A DNA stretch of 64,000 nt from Chiloscyllium plagiosum (Eukaryota), in NCBI RefSeq assembly GCF_004010195.1, contig NC_057757.1, forward strand, positions 4,584,807 to 4,648,806, read 5' to 3'. The translations under genes were made by a program, and so were the position numbers. Under the pieces are notes generated by a model, which saw nothing but the letters and a program-made list of their open reading frames with translations, was not told where the DNA came from and made no database searches. Each line of letters starts with the position of its first letter. Within the stretch, counting starts at the first letter, position 1. Shown here piece after piece: positions 49,915 through 62,884 of the stretch.

Positions 49915-50121
49915 CAGTCAACGAGTTTTGAGAAAGTTTGCAACTCGGGTTGAGGTGCTGGATGTAAGGTTGCTCGCTGAGCTGGAATGCGTGTTTTCAG
50001 ACGTTTCATCGCCATGGCTAGATAACATCTTCAGTGAGCCTCCGGATGATGATGTTACCTAGTATGATGACGAAACGTCTGAAAATGAACCTTCCAGCTC
50101 AGCGAGCAACCCTACATCCAG
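49915..50121. mobile_element. Penelope-like fold-back (another family) with hammerhead core and TSD
   Basis: Arms CTGGATGTAAGGTTGCTCGCTGAGCTGGAA / TTCCAGCTCAGCGAGCAACCCTACATCCAG; CCAGAAGCTC at 49905-49914 and 50118-50127; a related single arm at ~57652-57750 is flanked by AATCTGTGG. Confidence 0.78.
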
Positions 50122-51191
50122 AAGCTCTAGTGTTTGATTTCCTATCTCGGGGAAAGGGATGGATTTAAGTGTTGTTTTTATTTTTGGATATTGTGACGGT
50201 GCACTTTCGCCTTTAACTGCTAACGATTCCCGAAGAGTGCGAGACTCTTAATGGTACGCTGCTCCAATAAGTACAAGTGCCACCTATATAACAAAACAAT
50301 AGCATTTAGTCTCTCGAAAGTACAGCCAGGTTACGTCTTCCTGAACTTTGTGTCTTCTCCGCTGATCCTTCGGTCAGGAAGGCCTTTTCCCTGTAGGGCA
50401 TCTGTCAGGAATTCAGATGGTGTGTCACGGTGCCATGGTAAATAGATTGTGCTTTCTCGAAGAGCTGAGAGCTATTATCTCTTAACAGGTGTCAGGACCA
50501 TGTCCCGTGACCCATTAAGAAGACAGTGTCTAGTTGGCACGGTGATAGTTTCCCTACCAGAAACTCTGGTGTTCCATTTTCAGCCTCTGGGAAGGGGTTA
50601 CTTAACCTTATTTTTATTTTTGGGATATTACGTTGGCATTTATGGGCAAGCACTACATGAAACATGGTGCTTTTTGGATGATGGTGGCGACTTCCAATTG
50701 CACAAATACTTTTAGGAGAGAATAGGTTTTTTTTGAGCAGTGAAGGAATTAAGGGTCAGGCTGAGCAGGACAGCAAGTGGAGCTGAGTTCACGAAAGGGT
50801 CAGCAGTGATCCTGTTGAATTGTGGAGCAGGTTTGAGGGGCCGAATGGCCCACTCCTGCTCCTGTTCCTTATGTTGTCGTGAGATCAGGAAAGTTGGGGG
50901 GTAGTGGAGCTAACCAGACTGCGCTTGTTGAAAAGCTGGGGTTTGGTTTAAAGGGGTCAAATGAGCCATTTCTCCTTTGGACCAATCTGAAATTCTATAA
51001 TTCTATGGTTTCTGATTAATGAGACATCCCTCAATGAGAACATGACACAGAGCTTTGACTGAGTTCTATCTTGCAAATTGGCAGTGTTTATCAACCAGCT
51101 TGACCACAAACTCCTGCTGATCGTGTTTGAATTCCATCTCCAGTACTTGGTTCATGTTAACTCCGAGTCAGTGCATAGACCCGTTTATTCT

Positions 51192-51600
51192 GCACTGGTG
51201 GGGATAGGTATGTCACTGTATAACACTGGGGCACAGTACTGGTGGGGACAGGTCTGTCACTGTATAACACTGGGGTACAGTACTGGTGGAGGACAGGTCT
51301 GTCAGCGTATAGCACTGGGTACAGTACTGGTGGGGACAGGTCTGTCCCTGTGTAACACTAGGGTACAGTACTGATGGGGACAGGGCTGTCACTATTACTC
51401 TGTGTGGTACAGTACTGGTGGGGACAGTTCTGTCACTTTATAACACTGGGGTACAGTACTGGTGGGGACAGGTCTGTCACTGTGTAACACTGAGGTACAG
51501 TACTGGTGGGGACAGGTCTCAGTGTATTACTCTGGGGTACAGTACTGGTGGGGACAGCTCTGTCAGTGTATAGCACTGGCGTACGGTACTGGTGGGGATA
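51192..51600. repeat. 44-bp tandem minisatellite, ~9 copies
   Basis: Unit CAGTACTGGTGGGGACAGGTCTGTCACTGTATAACACTGGGGTA. Confidence 0.93.
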
Positions 51601-51619
51601 GATTTCATTAAAATTACAT

Positions 51620-52210
51620 TATTGTCACTGAATTCCCCACCAGAGTTCTGGGGAATACTATTGACCAGAAACTGAACCAGACTCTCCATGCAAGCACAAT
51701 GGCTACAAGAGCAGGTCAGAGGCTGGAAATCTGCAGTGAGGAACTCACCACCTGACTCCCCAAAGCCTGTTCACCATCCACAAGGCACAAGTCAGGAGTG
51801 TGTGGGATACTCCACACTCACCCTGGATGGGGGCAGTTCCAATAACAGTCAAGAAGCTCAGAACTATCCAGGGACAAAGCAGGCCCAGCTTAATTGGTGC
51901 CACATCCACAAACATCCACTCCCTCCATCGCTGACGCTCAGTAGCAGCAGTGTGTACCATCAGCAACTCACCAAATATCCTCAGGCAGCACCTTCCAAAC
52001 CCACAACCACTTCCATCTCGATGGAAGAGGGCAGCAGATACATGGGAGCACCAGTCCCTGCAAATTCCCCTCCGAGCCCTTCACCATCACGACTTGGAAA
52101 TATATCGGTCGTTCCTTCAGTGTCGCTGGGTCAGAATCTGGGACTCCCTCCCTAACGGCGATGTGTGCGTGCCCCGACACCACACAGGACTGCAGCAGTT
52201 TAAGAAGGCG
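51620..52210 (+). mobile_element. CR1/L2-superclade LINE fragment
   Basis: Same family as 38210-38810, forward orientation. Confidence 0.8.
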
Positions 52211-52544
52211 GAAGTTTACTCAGAAGCTTGAGTATTATTAGTGTGATGTCTATAGAAAACAAGAGCAAGGTGATTGTATTAAATAAAAACAGCGCTGGAG
52301 AAACTTAGCACAGTTGGGCAGCATCTGTGAGGAGAAACCGAGAGACAGTTAACCTTTCGAGTCTGGTATGACTCCTCTTCCTCAGTCTAACTGAGAACTC
52401 GCTCTTGTCCATATAGGCCTGAGGAAATGCTCAGTTCCTGTGCAAACTGAGAAACGGCTGTTTCTGGGTTGTCAGTTGTTTTATTTTTTCGAAGCTGCCC
52501 TTACACCAGCTGAGGCAGTAATGTTTGAACTAGCTCACGCAGCA

Positions 52545-52845
52545 ATTCTCTGAACAGCACCCTATCCGGACCCAGCCCCTTACCCTGTCCCTGTAACTCT
52601 GAATTTCCCATGGCCAATCCACCCCCAACCTGCACATCCTAGGGCACTATGGGGCAGTTTAGCATGGCCAATCCACCCTAACCTGCATGTCCCCAGCACT
52701 GGAAGAAAACCAGAGCACTTGGGAGAACCCCACACAGACACTGGGAGAATGTGCCAACTCTACACAGACTGTTGCGTGAGGCTGGAATCGAACCCGGGTC
52801 GCTGGTGCTGGGAGGCAGCAGTGCTCACCACTGAGTCACCGTGCT
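52545..52845 (-). mobile_element. HE1-type SINE
   Basis: Core and head (GGAATCGAACCC, GAGGCAGCAGTGCT). Confidence 0.85.
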
Positions 52846-53711
52846 TGAATGAAAGCAAAACACAGGGGTGATGCTGGAAATCTGAAACAAGACTCTGAGA
52901 ATGCTGGAGAGACTCAGCAGATCTGGCAGCATCTGTGGGAGGAGAGAGAGAAACTGAGTTAAGATTTCGGGTCCAGTGACTTTTCTGTGCAGCTGTCAGT
53001 CCTGCTGAGTTTCTCCCACAATTTCAGCTTCAGAACCGGGTAGCTCACTATTCTATGGTCTTGTCAGCTGGTTTGGATAGGGGGTGAACATCCTCTGTCT
53101 TAACTACCACCCGCCCACTCCATCAGGTCCTTTCACAGCCTTTATGGGTTTTGACAAGGTCACCCCTCATTCCGATAAGCTCCAGTGGATACTGGGCCCA
53201 ACCTGCTTGGCCGTTCCTCATTAGATGAGCCCCTTCATCCCAGGAATTGGCCGATGCCCACCTCCTGGGCTTTGTCTCTGGACTGTGTCCCATGCAAGGA
53301 CCCCCCACTTCCTCCCAAGGCCCGAGCTCTTGACTGGCATCTCTCCCACCAGGGGCAGAAAGGCCCTATCAGCCTGGGAACTGGAGCTCAGTGGATGCCT
53401 GGGGTGGCAGCTCATTGTCTGGTTACATTTGGAGCACAGCCAGAGGGTTGAAGACCATGTGTGAAGAGTCACAGGATATAGCAAGCAACCACCAAGTGGG
53501 ATGAGACAAATGGTTATGAACTTGGTTGAGCTCACGTGTGTATCGCTTTGTCACGGCACACTTCCTTTATCGTGTGATAGATGTGCGGTGGGTGGGTGTG
53601 TACTCTGAGTCTTACCACTAGTTGATCCAACTGTCTCCAAACTGACACAAGAGACAGTTGAAGAAAAAAAATATAAATTGTCCCTCCGTTTTTCTCATGT
53701 TTGCGTGCTCG

Positions 53712-54290
53712 GTCTCTGTCTGTCTCTGTCTGTCTCTGTCTGTCTCTGTCTGTCTCTGTCTGTCTCTGTCTGTCTCTGTCTGTCTCTGTCTGTCTCTGTC
53801 TGTCTCTGTCTGTCTCTGTCTGTCTCTGTCTGTCTCTGTCTGTCTCTGTCTGTCTCTGTCTGTCTCTGTCTGTCTCTGTCTGTCTCTGTCTGTCTCTGTC
53901 TGTCTCTGTCTGTCTCTGTCTGTCTCTGTCTGTCTCTGTCTGTCTCTGTCTGTCTCTGTCTGTCTCTGTCTGTCTCTGTCTGTCTCTGTCTGTCTCTGTC
54001 TGTCTCTGTCTGTCTCTGTCTGTCTCTGTCTGTCTCTGTCTGTCTCTGTCTGTCTCTGTCTGTCTCTGTCTGTCTCTGTCTGTCTCTGTCTGTCTCTGTC
54101 TGTCTCTGTCTGTCTCTGTCTGTCTCTGTCTGTCTCTGTCTGTCTCTGTCTGTCTCTGTCTGTCTCTGTCTGTCTCTGTCTGTCTCTGTCTGTCTCTGTC
54201 TGTCTCTGTCTGTCTCTGTCTGTCTCTGTCTGTCTCTGTCTGTCTCTGTCTGTCTCTGTCTGTCTCTGTCTGTCTCTGTCTGTCTCTGTC
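53712..54290. repeat. (TGTCTCTGTC)n perfect decamer array, ~58 copies
   Basis: Directly visible. Confidence 0.98.
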
Positions 54291-54893
54291 ACTCACTCAC
54301 TCACTCACTCACTCACTCACTCACTCACTCACTCACTCACTCACTCACTCACTCACTCACTCACTCACTCACTCACTCACTCACTCACTCACTCACTCAC
54401 TCACTCACTCACTCACTCACTCACTCACTCACTCACTCACTCACTCACTCACTCACTCACTCACTCACTCACTCACTCACTCACTCACTCACTCACTCAC
54501 TCACTCACTCACTCACTCACTCACTCACTCACTCACTCACTCACTCACTCACTCACTCACTCACTCACTCACTCACTCACTCACTCACTCACTCACTCAC
54601 TCACTCACTCACTCACTCACTCACTCACTCACTCACTCACTCACTCACTCACTCACTCACTCACTCACTCACTCACTCACTCACTCACTCACTCACTCAC
54701 TCACTCACTCACTCACTCACTCACTCACTCACTCACTCACTCACTCACTCACTCACTCACTCACTCACTCACTCACTCACTCACTCACTCACTCACTCAC
54801 TCACTCACTCACTCACTCACTCACTCACTCACTCACTCACTCACTCACTCACTCACTCACTCACTCACTCACTCACTCACTCACTCACTCACT
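54291..54893. repeat. (ACTC)n perfect tetranucleotide array, ~150 copies
   Basis: Directly visible. Confidence 0.98.
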
Positions 54894-57003
54894 GTGTGAG
54901 CCTCTCACTGAGCACCTCTTCCCCTCCCCCTCCCTCTCCCTCTCTCTGAGGCGCTCTGCCTCTCCCTCTCTGTCTGTCTGTGTGAGCGTCTGTCTCTCTC
55001 TCTCTCTCTCTCTGCCTCTTGCGCTCTGTGCCTTTGTCTTGCTGTGTGTCCGTATGTGTTTTTCTCTCACTGTCACTGTGTGGATCTATCTCTCTCGCTC
55101 TTGCGTGTCTCCACCCATATAAACACTAGCACATCATTCTAGTATCATTCTGCCAGGACCTGTCAAACAGTGTGGTTGCATGTGAGAATGGGGTAAGTGG
55201 TTCTCATTCCATTGATCTGTTCTTCTTTCAGTCTCAGAATATGGGATGGGCTATTTTGGACTGAGACCAAGGAGAAATGTTCTCACCCAGAGAGGGTGAG
55301 GAGATTGTTCAGCTGTCTGCCAGGGAAGGTGATGGAGAGCAAAGCATTGAACATTGAGTTTAGATCTAGCACTTGGGGCTAATGGGAACAAAGGATAGGG
55401 AGAGAAAGCAGGAGCAGGGGACTGAGTTGGGGGATCAGCTGTGATCCCATTGGTTGCGCAGGTTCCAAAGGCTGAATGGCCGCCTCCCTATTCCGGTTCT
55501 CAACATTTCCACAACTGTGGCTGTGGCCTTTTACCTCGGGAGATGTTGGGTCCTGTGGCTTTTATCTTGGTTGTGGGTGTGGCTGCAGGTCTTTGGGATG
55601 CTTTTGGGATTTTCCATTTTACTGAATGCTGTTCAGCATTGCCATCTCAGAGCGCTGCATGTCTTAGTGATGCCAGTCTCTGTGTACATGACTGGTTGCT
55701 GCTTTAAAATGTCTGCTCCATGCTTCAATATGTCTGGCTTCTAGCTCTTTCTGCGTTTCATTTTTGTTTAGTTGTTTTGAGTCCCAAGTCCAGTGTAAAC
55801 CTGACCAGCACAGAGTCCACAGTAATGGGTAATGCTGCAGTAGACTCTTCAGCAGGTAAACTAGGTTGCCTGTTCCAGTACAGGACCAAGGGAGCATTGC
55901 TAAAGGAAGAGGCCATTCAGCCTGTGGAGACTGCACCGATGCTCTGAAAAGCATCCCACCCAGACCCACCCTCTTACCTTATCCCTGTAACCCTGCATCC
56001 CCCATGGCCAATCCACCCTAACCTGCACTTCCCTGGGCACTATGGGGTAATTTAGCACGGCCAATCCGCCCTAACCTGCACGTCCCTGTATCCGCCAAAG
56101 ATCTTTGGCCGGGTCGGGTGGAATGGGGCCGAACGTAATCTGTGCCATCTTAGTTGAGCGATGGTCCAGGTGGTAAGAAATCTATCCCATGTTGACTTCC
56201 GAAAGCGTCGCCGCAACATTTTTTTCTTAAGACAAAATAGCCAAACACATTTGTCTGCGGGAGCCCTGAGGCAGCGGTGGGGAGCGAGGCAGAATATCTG
56301 CATGAATAAAATTGGAAATTGCTGGAGAAACTCAGCAGGGTTTGGCAGCATCTGTGGAATGAGGGAAAAGAGAATTAATGTTCTGATCCTCCTTCAGAGC
56401 TGATTGCAGCTGGGAAATGGCTGGTGTATGTGCGAGAGAGGGAGATGGACCCTGGAGAGAGAGAGAGTACTGTGGACAGCCACAAGAGTGGGGTCAGGGT
56501 CAGCCTGAGAGAATCAGTAGCTGCTAATGTGTCCCTGACACTGAGGCAGCCCTGCTAACCTCTGAACCACTGTGCTGCCCAGAATTAGATTGCCATCAGG
56601 TAAAAGGCATTCAGGTCTTGTGGCTTTGCATTAGATTACCTTCCAAACCCACGACCACCTCTATCAAGGAGCACAAGGGCAGCCGATACATAGGAACTCC
56701 ACCCCCCTGCAAGTTCCCCTCCGACCCCTTCACCATCCCGACTTGGAAATATATCAGCTATTCCTTCAGCGTCACTGGGTCAGCATCCTGGCTCTCCCTC
56801 CCTAACGGCACTGTGTGGGTGTCCCTTCACCACACAGACTGCAGCGGCTCAAGGAAGCAGTTCACCCCACCCCCTCAAGGGGGCAACTAGGGACAGGCAA
56901 TAAATGCTGGGCCCACCCAGCGACACTCTGGTCTTGTGAATCAGCGCAAATTAAATGCGACTTGGAAATTGTGTTGCATCTTTGTTAGAACGTCAGTTGT
57001 TCC

Positions 57004-57265
57004 TAGAATCCCCACAGTGTGGGTACAGGCCCTTCAGCCCAATAAGTCCACACTGACCCAATCCCCTCCATTTACTCTGACCTACATATCCCTGATCACT
57101 GCAATTTAACATGGCTAATCCACCCTAACCTGATTAGATTGCCCGCAGGGTGCTCGCACTGACACTGGGAGAATGTGCAAACTCCAGTCGCCCAAGACCG
57201 TAATCGAACTCTGGTCCCTGATGCTGTGAGACAGCAGTGCTAACCATTGAGCCACTGTGCCGCTT
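57004..57265 (-). mobile_element. HE1-type SINE, internally deleted
   Basis: Tail and head recognisable. Confidence 0.8.
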
Positions 57266-57814
57266 GGTTAAAGCATGAGTAAGTGTCAGTGTTTGTGGGT
57301 AATAACCTGCTGGGAAAGGCTACTGCAGAGCTCAAAACTATCACCATCAACTCAACCGACCCTCTGCACCCCACGAGGGGGAGGTGTGAAGGTGTCAACT
57401 CCTCTGAATTCTCCACCACTCCAAGGTATCACCCCACCAAGTCTCACCGCATGGGTGACAGTGTTTCAAGAAGGCAGCTCACCACCCACCTTCTCAAGGG
57501 CAACTAGGGACAGGCAATGAGTGCTGTCCCTGCCTGAGATACCCACATCCACTGAATGAATGTCAGACAAAAGGAAGGGGTCACCTATTTAAGACCAAGA
57601 TGAGGAAGAATTACCTTTCTCTGAAGAGGGGAGTGAATCTGTGGATGGAACTTAGCATGATGACGAAACATCTGAGAACAGACCTACCAGCTCAGTGAGC
57701 AAGCGTACAACTTGAACCTCAAGCTGAGCTGCAAATCTTCTGCAAAATCACAATCTGTGGCATTCTTTACTGCAGAGCGCTGTTGAGGGTTAGGTCTTGT
57801 ACTATTTTTTAGTA

Positions 57815-58425
57815 GGACACGGGTGTCGCTGACTGGGACCAGCATTCATTGCTCGTCCCTAGTTGCCCCTTGAGAAGATGGGGGTGAGCTGCTGCCTAGA
57901 ACCGCTGCAGTCCACCCGCAGTGTCATTAGGGAGGGAATTGCAGAATTTTGACCCAGCGACAGTGAAGGGACGGCCGTGTGTTTCCAAGTCAGGATGGTG
58001 AGTGGCTCAGAGGGGAACTTGTAGGGGGTGGTGTTCCCATGTATCTGTTGCCCTTCTTCCTTCAAGATACAAGAGGTCAGGGGTTTGGAAGCAGCATGGA
58101 AACAGACCCTTCGGTCCAACATGTCCATGCTGACCAGATATCCTAAATTAACCTAGTCCCATTTGTCAGCATTTGGCCCATATCCCTCTAAACCTTTCCT
58201 ATTCATGTACCCATCCAGATGCCTTTTAAATGTTGTAATTGTACCTGCCTCCACCACTTCCTCTGGCAGCTTGTTCCACACAAGCACCACCCTCTGGGGG
58301 AAAAAGTTGCCCCTCAGGCCCCTTTCCCATCTCACCTTAAACCTATGTCCTCTAGCTTTGGACTTGCCTACAGGGTGGGGTGGGGTGGGGAGCAATCCTT
58401 GTCTCTTTACCCTCTCCATGCTCTC
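57815..58425 (-). mobile_element. L2-like LINE 3' fragment (57815-58090) joined to HER1-like LINE 3' fragment (58090-58425)
   Basis: Both tails recognisable; RGHRFKVRWERGLRGNFFPQRVVLVWNKLPEEVVEAGT. Confidence 0.82.
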
Positions 58426-59509
58426 ATCCCTCAGCATGCAATGATCCAGTAGACATGGCCCCTCATATAACTTGTAAAAAGGTACGAGGTTCCCGAATGG
58501 AACTCGTTCACACCCCAGGGACTGCCTGCATCCTCGAGGTCACGTGCTGTAATAGTGATTATATCACCAGCTTATCTCTTAAAGGTACTGAGAGGCCTCG
58601 AGTCGGAGAGTCATACAGCATGTTCCACGCACAAATGATACAGCAGTGAATATACCCGACAGGCCCTTCAAATAAAAAAAAGTAGTTCACCATATTTTCA
58701 AGCCACTCATGTTGAGCATCCTATCCGGGGCATCTGATCGCAGTGTGCATTTGATTTTGCTTCTTAAAGTCTCAGCGACCCTGCCCTCTGGAGAGAGAGT
58801 GCGTGTGTGTGTGTGTGTGTGGCAATGCAACATCTGATGCTCTGGAATAAAGGTGCAGTTGTTTCATGAACCAAGCTCTCTATTGAGAAAGGGCAATGGG
58901 GAATGAATACAGGAACGATGTTTTCGCATGTTCTGAGTATTTACAGACTCTGTTCTGTTGCAGCGCTCAATAGAATGAGTCGGGATGTTGGAGCAGTCTG
59001 ATCCTTGATTATGATGGCCAGTTTTCTGAAGGATGTGATCCTCAGAACATGTTTAGAGCAGTTTTTCTTCTGTGTGCACGTGTGCAAACTTGTAAGGTAT
59101 CTGTGGCTTTATAAGTAGACACAGCAAACTTTACCTTAACTGGCACCTTACGAGCTGGCATTCTTGATTAAACCGGCAAGAAATGCATACCTCAAGCACT
59201 GCAAAGTTTACTGGACTATTCTGACCGATTGTTAGTTTTGTTTTATTGATCTCGATATCAATGGTGTTGGAATGGCCATATGAAATACTAACACCTGATT
59301 CAATTCCGAGTCACTTTCTCCTCAAATACTGCAATCTCAGAAGTCTGGTGAGGGTGTGAGTGAGAAGGCTCTCTGCCAGTAAGTTTTATTTAAGGCAAAA
59401 GTGTATTATTATTTAAGTAACTTTGGCTGTGATAAAGTATAACTGTGATGTGTATTCCCCCTGCATTGTATTTCTATTTCTTGGAGTGTGTTTTTATGTT
59501 TTCATTGAA

Positions 59510-60450
59510 ATGGAGTCCCAGGTCGACAGGGTAGTAAAGAAGGCGCTTGGTACACTTGTCGTCATTGGTCAGAACATTGAGTACAGGGGTTGGGAGGTCA
59601 TGTTACGGCTGTACAGGATATTATTTCGGCCACTTTTGGAATATTGTGTTCAGTTGTGGTCTCCCTCCTATCGGAAGGATGTTGTGAAACTTGAAAGGAT
59701 GCAGAAATGATTTACAAGGATGTTGCCAGAGTTGGAGGGTTTGAGCTAGAGAGGGGCTGAACAGGCTGGGGCTGTTTTCCCTGGAGCGTCAGAGGCTGAG
59801 GGGTGACCTTATAGAGGTTTACATAATTATGAGGGGCATGGATAGGGTAAATAGGCAATGTCATTTCCCTGGAGTCGGGGAGTCCAGAACTAGAGGGTAT
59901 AGGTTTAGGGTGTAAGAGGAGAAATTTAAAAGGGACCTAAGGGGTAACTTTTTCACAGTGTGGTGCGGTGTATGGAATGAGCTGCCAGAGGAAGTGGTGG
60001 AGGCTGGTACAATGTCCCCATTTAAAATGGATAAATGATTAGATTTAGATTAGATTAGATTCTGTAAATGGGCCCTTCGGCCCAACAAGTCCACACCGAC
60101 CCTCTGAAGAGTAACCCACCCAGACCCATTTCTGTCTGACTAATGCACCTAACCCTATGGGTAATTTAGCATGACCAATTCACCTGGTCTGCACATCTTT
60201 GGATTGTGGGAGGAAACCCACGCAGACATGGGGAGAACGTGCAAACTTCACCGAGGTGTGGATTGAACCCAGGTCCCTGGCGCTGTGAGGCAGCAGTGCT
60301 AACCACAGAACCACCGTGAACAGAAAAGATTGAGGGGGATATGGGCCGGGTGCTGGCAAGTGAGACTAGATTGTGTTGGGATATCTGGTCAGCGTGGACG
60401 CGTTGGGCCGAAGGGTCTATTTCCGTGCAGTACCTCTCTCTCTGACTCTA
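59510..60450 (+). mobile_element. HER1-like LINE 3' portion with nested minus-strand HE1 SINE (~60038-60318)
   Basis: SQVDRVVKKALGTL..EYRGWEVMLRLYRILFRPLLEYCVQLWSPSYRKDVVKLER; the LINE tail resumes after the SINE. Confidence 0.9.
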
Positions 60451-60993
60451 GCTTATCCAGAACATTTGAATGTTTATGGCGCCTCCTGTTCTCGTAGTTA
60501 TTAAAATGTTAGCTGTACGAGCAGAAAAGACAAAAGTAAGGATGCGATGTTTAAGTGAATTGTTGCTTTTTGACTGTGTGGGAGCAGCACCTCCAGTTCT
60601 GAACCACGCGTTGCTTTTTATCTTTGGAAGGATATCAGAATGTGACTGTCAATGTTATGGAGAAGGCTGTAGGGGATAGAGACTACAGTAAACTGGGCTT
60701 GTTCTTTCAGCAGACTTGCTAAAGCTACAAAACCCACTGGTCAGACCACAGCTGGAAAGCTGTGAACCATTTTTGGGGCCCTGTATCTAGGAAAGATAAA
60801 TTGCTGTAGGAGGCAGTCCAGAGAACATTCACTCGGCTGATGCCAGGGATGGAGAGACCGTCTTATGAGAAGAGGTTGAGTAGGCACCTATTGGAGTTTT
60901 GAAGAATGAGCGGTGATCTTATTGAAATGTACAAGGGGGCTGGACTGGGCAGGGGTGGGGGGGGAGGTTGTTTCCCCTCGTGGGAGCGTCGTA

Positions 60994-61305
60994 GGGCGGC
61001 ACGGTGGCACAGTGGTTAGCACTGCTGCCTCACAGCGCCAGAGACCTGGGTTCAATTCCCGCCTCAGGCTACTGACTGTGTGGAGTTTGCACATTCTCCC
61101 CGTGTCTGCGTGGGTTTCCTCCGGGTGCTCCGGTTTCCTCCCACAGTCCAAAGATGTGCAGGTCAGGTGAATTGGCCATGCTAAATTGTCCGTAGTGTTA
61201 GGTAAGGGGTAAATGTAGGGGTATGGGTGGGTTGCGCTTCGGCGGGTCAGTGTGGACTTGTTGGGCCGAAGGGCCTGTTTCCACGCTGTAATCTAATCTA
61301 ATCTA
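60994..61305 (+). mobile_element. Young full-length HE1 SINE with intact Pol III A and B boxes
   Basis: A-box TGGCACAGTGG 61005-61015; B-box GGTTCAATTCC 61049-61059; CpGs retained; (TAATC)n tail. Confidence 0.95.
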
Positions 61306-61309
61306 CACT

Positions 61310-61665
61310 TACGGAGCTGAGGTGGCGAGGTTTGGAAATGTCAGGTTCCTCAATGACAATAGCCAACAATTTGTCCTGGAACTCCCCATGGAGCTGCAAC
61401 GATCAAGAAGGCATATCAACGCCATCTTTTCCTCGGGCAGCTCACAAAGTTCGGCATGTCCATAAGGACCCTCACCAACTTGTACAGACGTACCATAGAA
61501 AGCATACTGTCCCAGTGCCTAATGGCCTGGTACAGTAACTGCTCTGCCCAGGCCCGTGAGAAACTACAGGAGGTTGTGTGCACAGCCCAGACCATCCGGG
61601 ACCCCGCCATTCATACTACTTGTTCCTGCAGAAACATTGCAAACATCATGAAAGACTCCTCCCTC
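61310..61665 (+). mobile_element. Rex1/Babar-like LINE fragment
   Basis: TLTNLYRRTIESILSQCLMAWYSNCSAQAREKLQEVVCTAQTI. Confidence 0.85.
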
Positions 61666-61984
61666 CCTCCCTCCCTGGTAATGCTGCCCCGCTGTCTCTA
61701 TCTGTGTGTGTGTCTTCCTCTACCCCCCCCCCCCCCACGCGCGCTCTCCCCGTTTTCTCAAACAACCAGCACAGAGGCAATGGGCTGATGGGTCCCTTTT
61801 ATGCACGGCTTGACCATATGATCCGCTCCTGCTCTCTTGGTCGGATCTCGGTGGACAGACTCGGTCGTTACCAGTAGTTTTATTATGGTGGTGTTGGAGG
61901 AGGAGAGAATGGAGCGGGGGGCGCAGTGCAGCAGAGACAGAAATAACCTGCCATGATGTAGCACCTTCAGCAAACACGCAGATG

Positions 61985-62125
61985 TTCACAAGTCGCTGCT
62001 GTAATGTCAAAAACGCAATGGCCTCATCTCACACAGCAAGATCCCACAAACAGCAAGGTGATCACCACCAGATTACATTTTCTCTTTTTTTTCTCTGACA
62101 AAGCAAGGTGGCTTGAGGGATTAAT
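61985..62125 (-). mobile_element. Ancient DeuSINE/AmnSINE-like core remnant
   Basis: GCTGCTGTAATGT..AAACGC..CACACAGCAAGATCCCACAAACAGCAA resembles my recollection of the Deu-domain consensus; weaker relatives at ~14420-14620 and ~62640-62790. Confidence 0.5.
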
Positions 62126-62884
62126 ATTGTGTTTGTGGCTGTGGGAATAAGTCTGTCCCTCTCGCTGTCTTTCTCTGTCTCTCTGTGTCTCTGTCTTTCT
62201 GTGTGTGTGTGTGTCTTTCTGTGTCTCTCCCTCTGGTTTCTGTCTGTGTGTCTGTCTCTCTGTCTGTGTGTGTCACACTGTGTTGCTCTATCTGTGTCAC
62301 GCTCAGCATGTCTGTCTCTGTCTGTGCGTGTGTATATTGATTCTGGGTGAACATAGCTATACTTCAGACTCTAAACAAGCTTGACGAAACACACATGTTT
62401 TGGAAAAGAAAATTAAGCCCTTAAAATACTTGCAATGACGCACGGGCTGGTGTTGTTTTCACCATGAGCATGTAGTCCCATCAACTTCATAGTGACACAG
62501 AAATGGCGTAGACTGACAAGAAACAGCTGATCCCATTCCAGCACTCAACAACAATCACAGCATCGTAACTGGACACATCCCTCCCTCCCCATTCATCGGC
62601 TGTGCAAACTCCTGGGGGGTGGGGGGGAAAGGCTTAGCGAAACACTTGCATTTATGTAGTGCCTCTCACAACCAGCGAGCTTTGCTGAGCATTTTGTGGC
62701 CAGTGAAGTGCTTTCTGAAGCGTAATTACTGTCAGTGTGGTGTAGCAGTCATCTGGAGACCCCAGACTAGGAGCTCTCCACAGACAAGAAATTACTTTGA
62801 CAGGTTCAAGTCCCACCCACAGCTGCTGGTGGGGTTTAAATTCTGAATCAATCTTCAATTTTGAATAAAACTTTTAATCTAACT

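Noticed and set aside
50260..50445. CCAAT plus TATATAA promoter with a short exon
   Set aside because: Motifs are short and unusually close, and the downstream ATG/donor pair is phase 0; not distinguishable from chance
53532..55122. 224-473-aa repetitive ORFs
   Set aside because: Translations of microsatellites
55825..55860. MGNAAVDSSA-G|gtaaac, a myristoylation-like first exon
   Set aside because: Phase 1, incompatible with the arrestin exon-2 phase; weak donor and no promoter features
60994..61065. tRNA gene
   Set aside because: A/B boxes continue into the HE1 core and LINE-type tail; it is a SINE head
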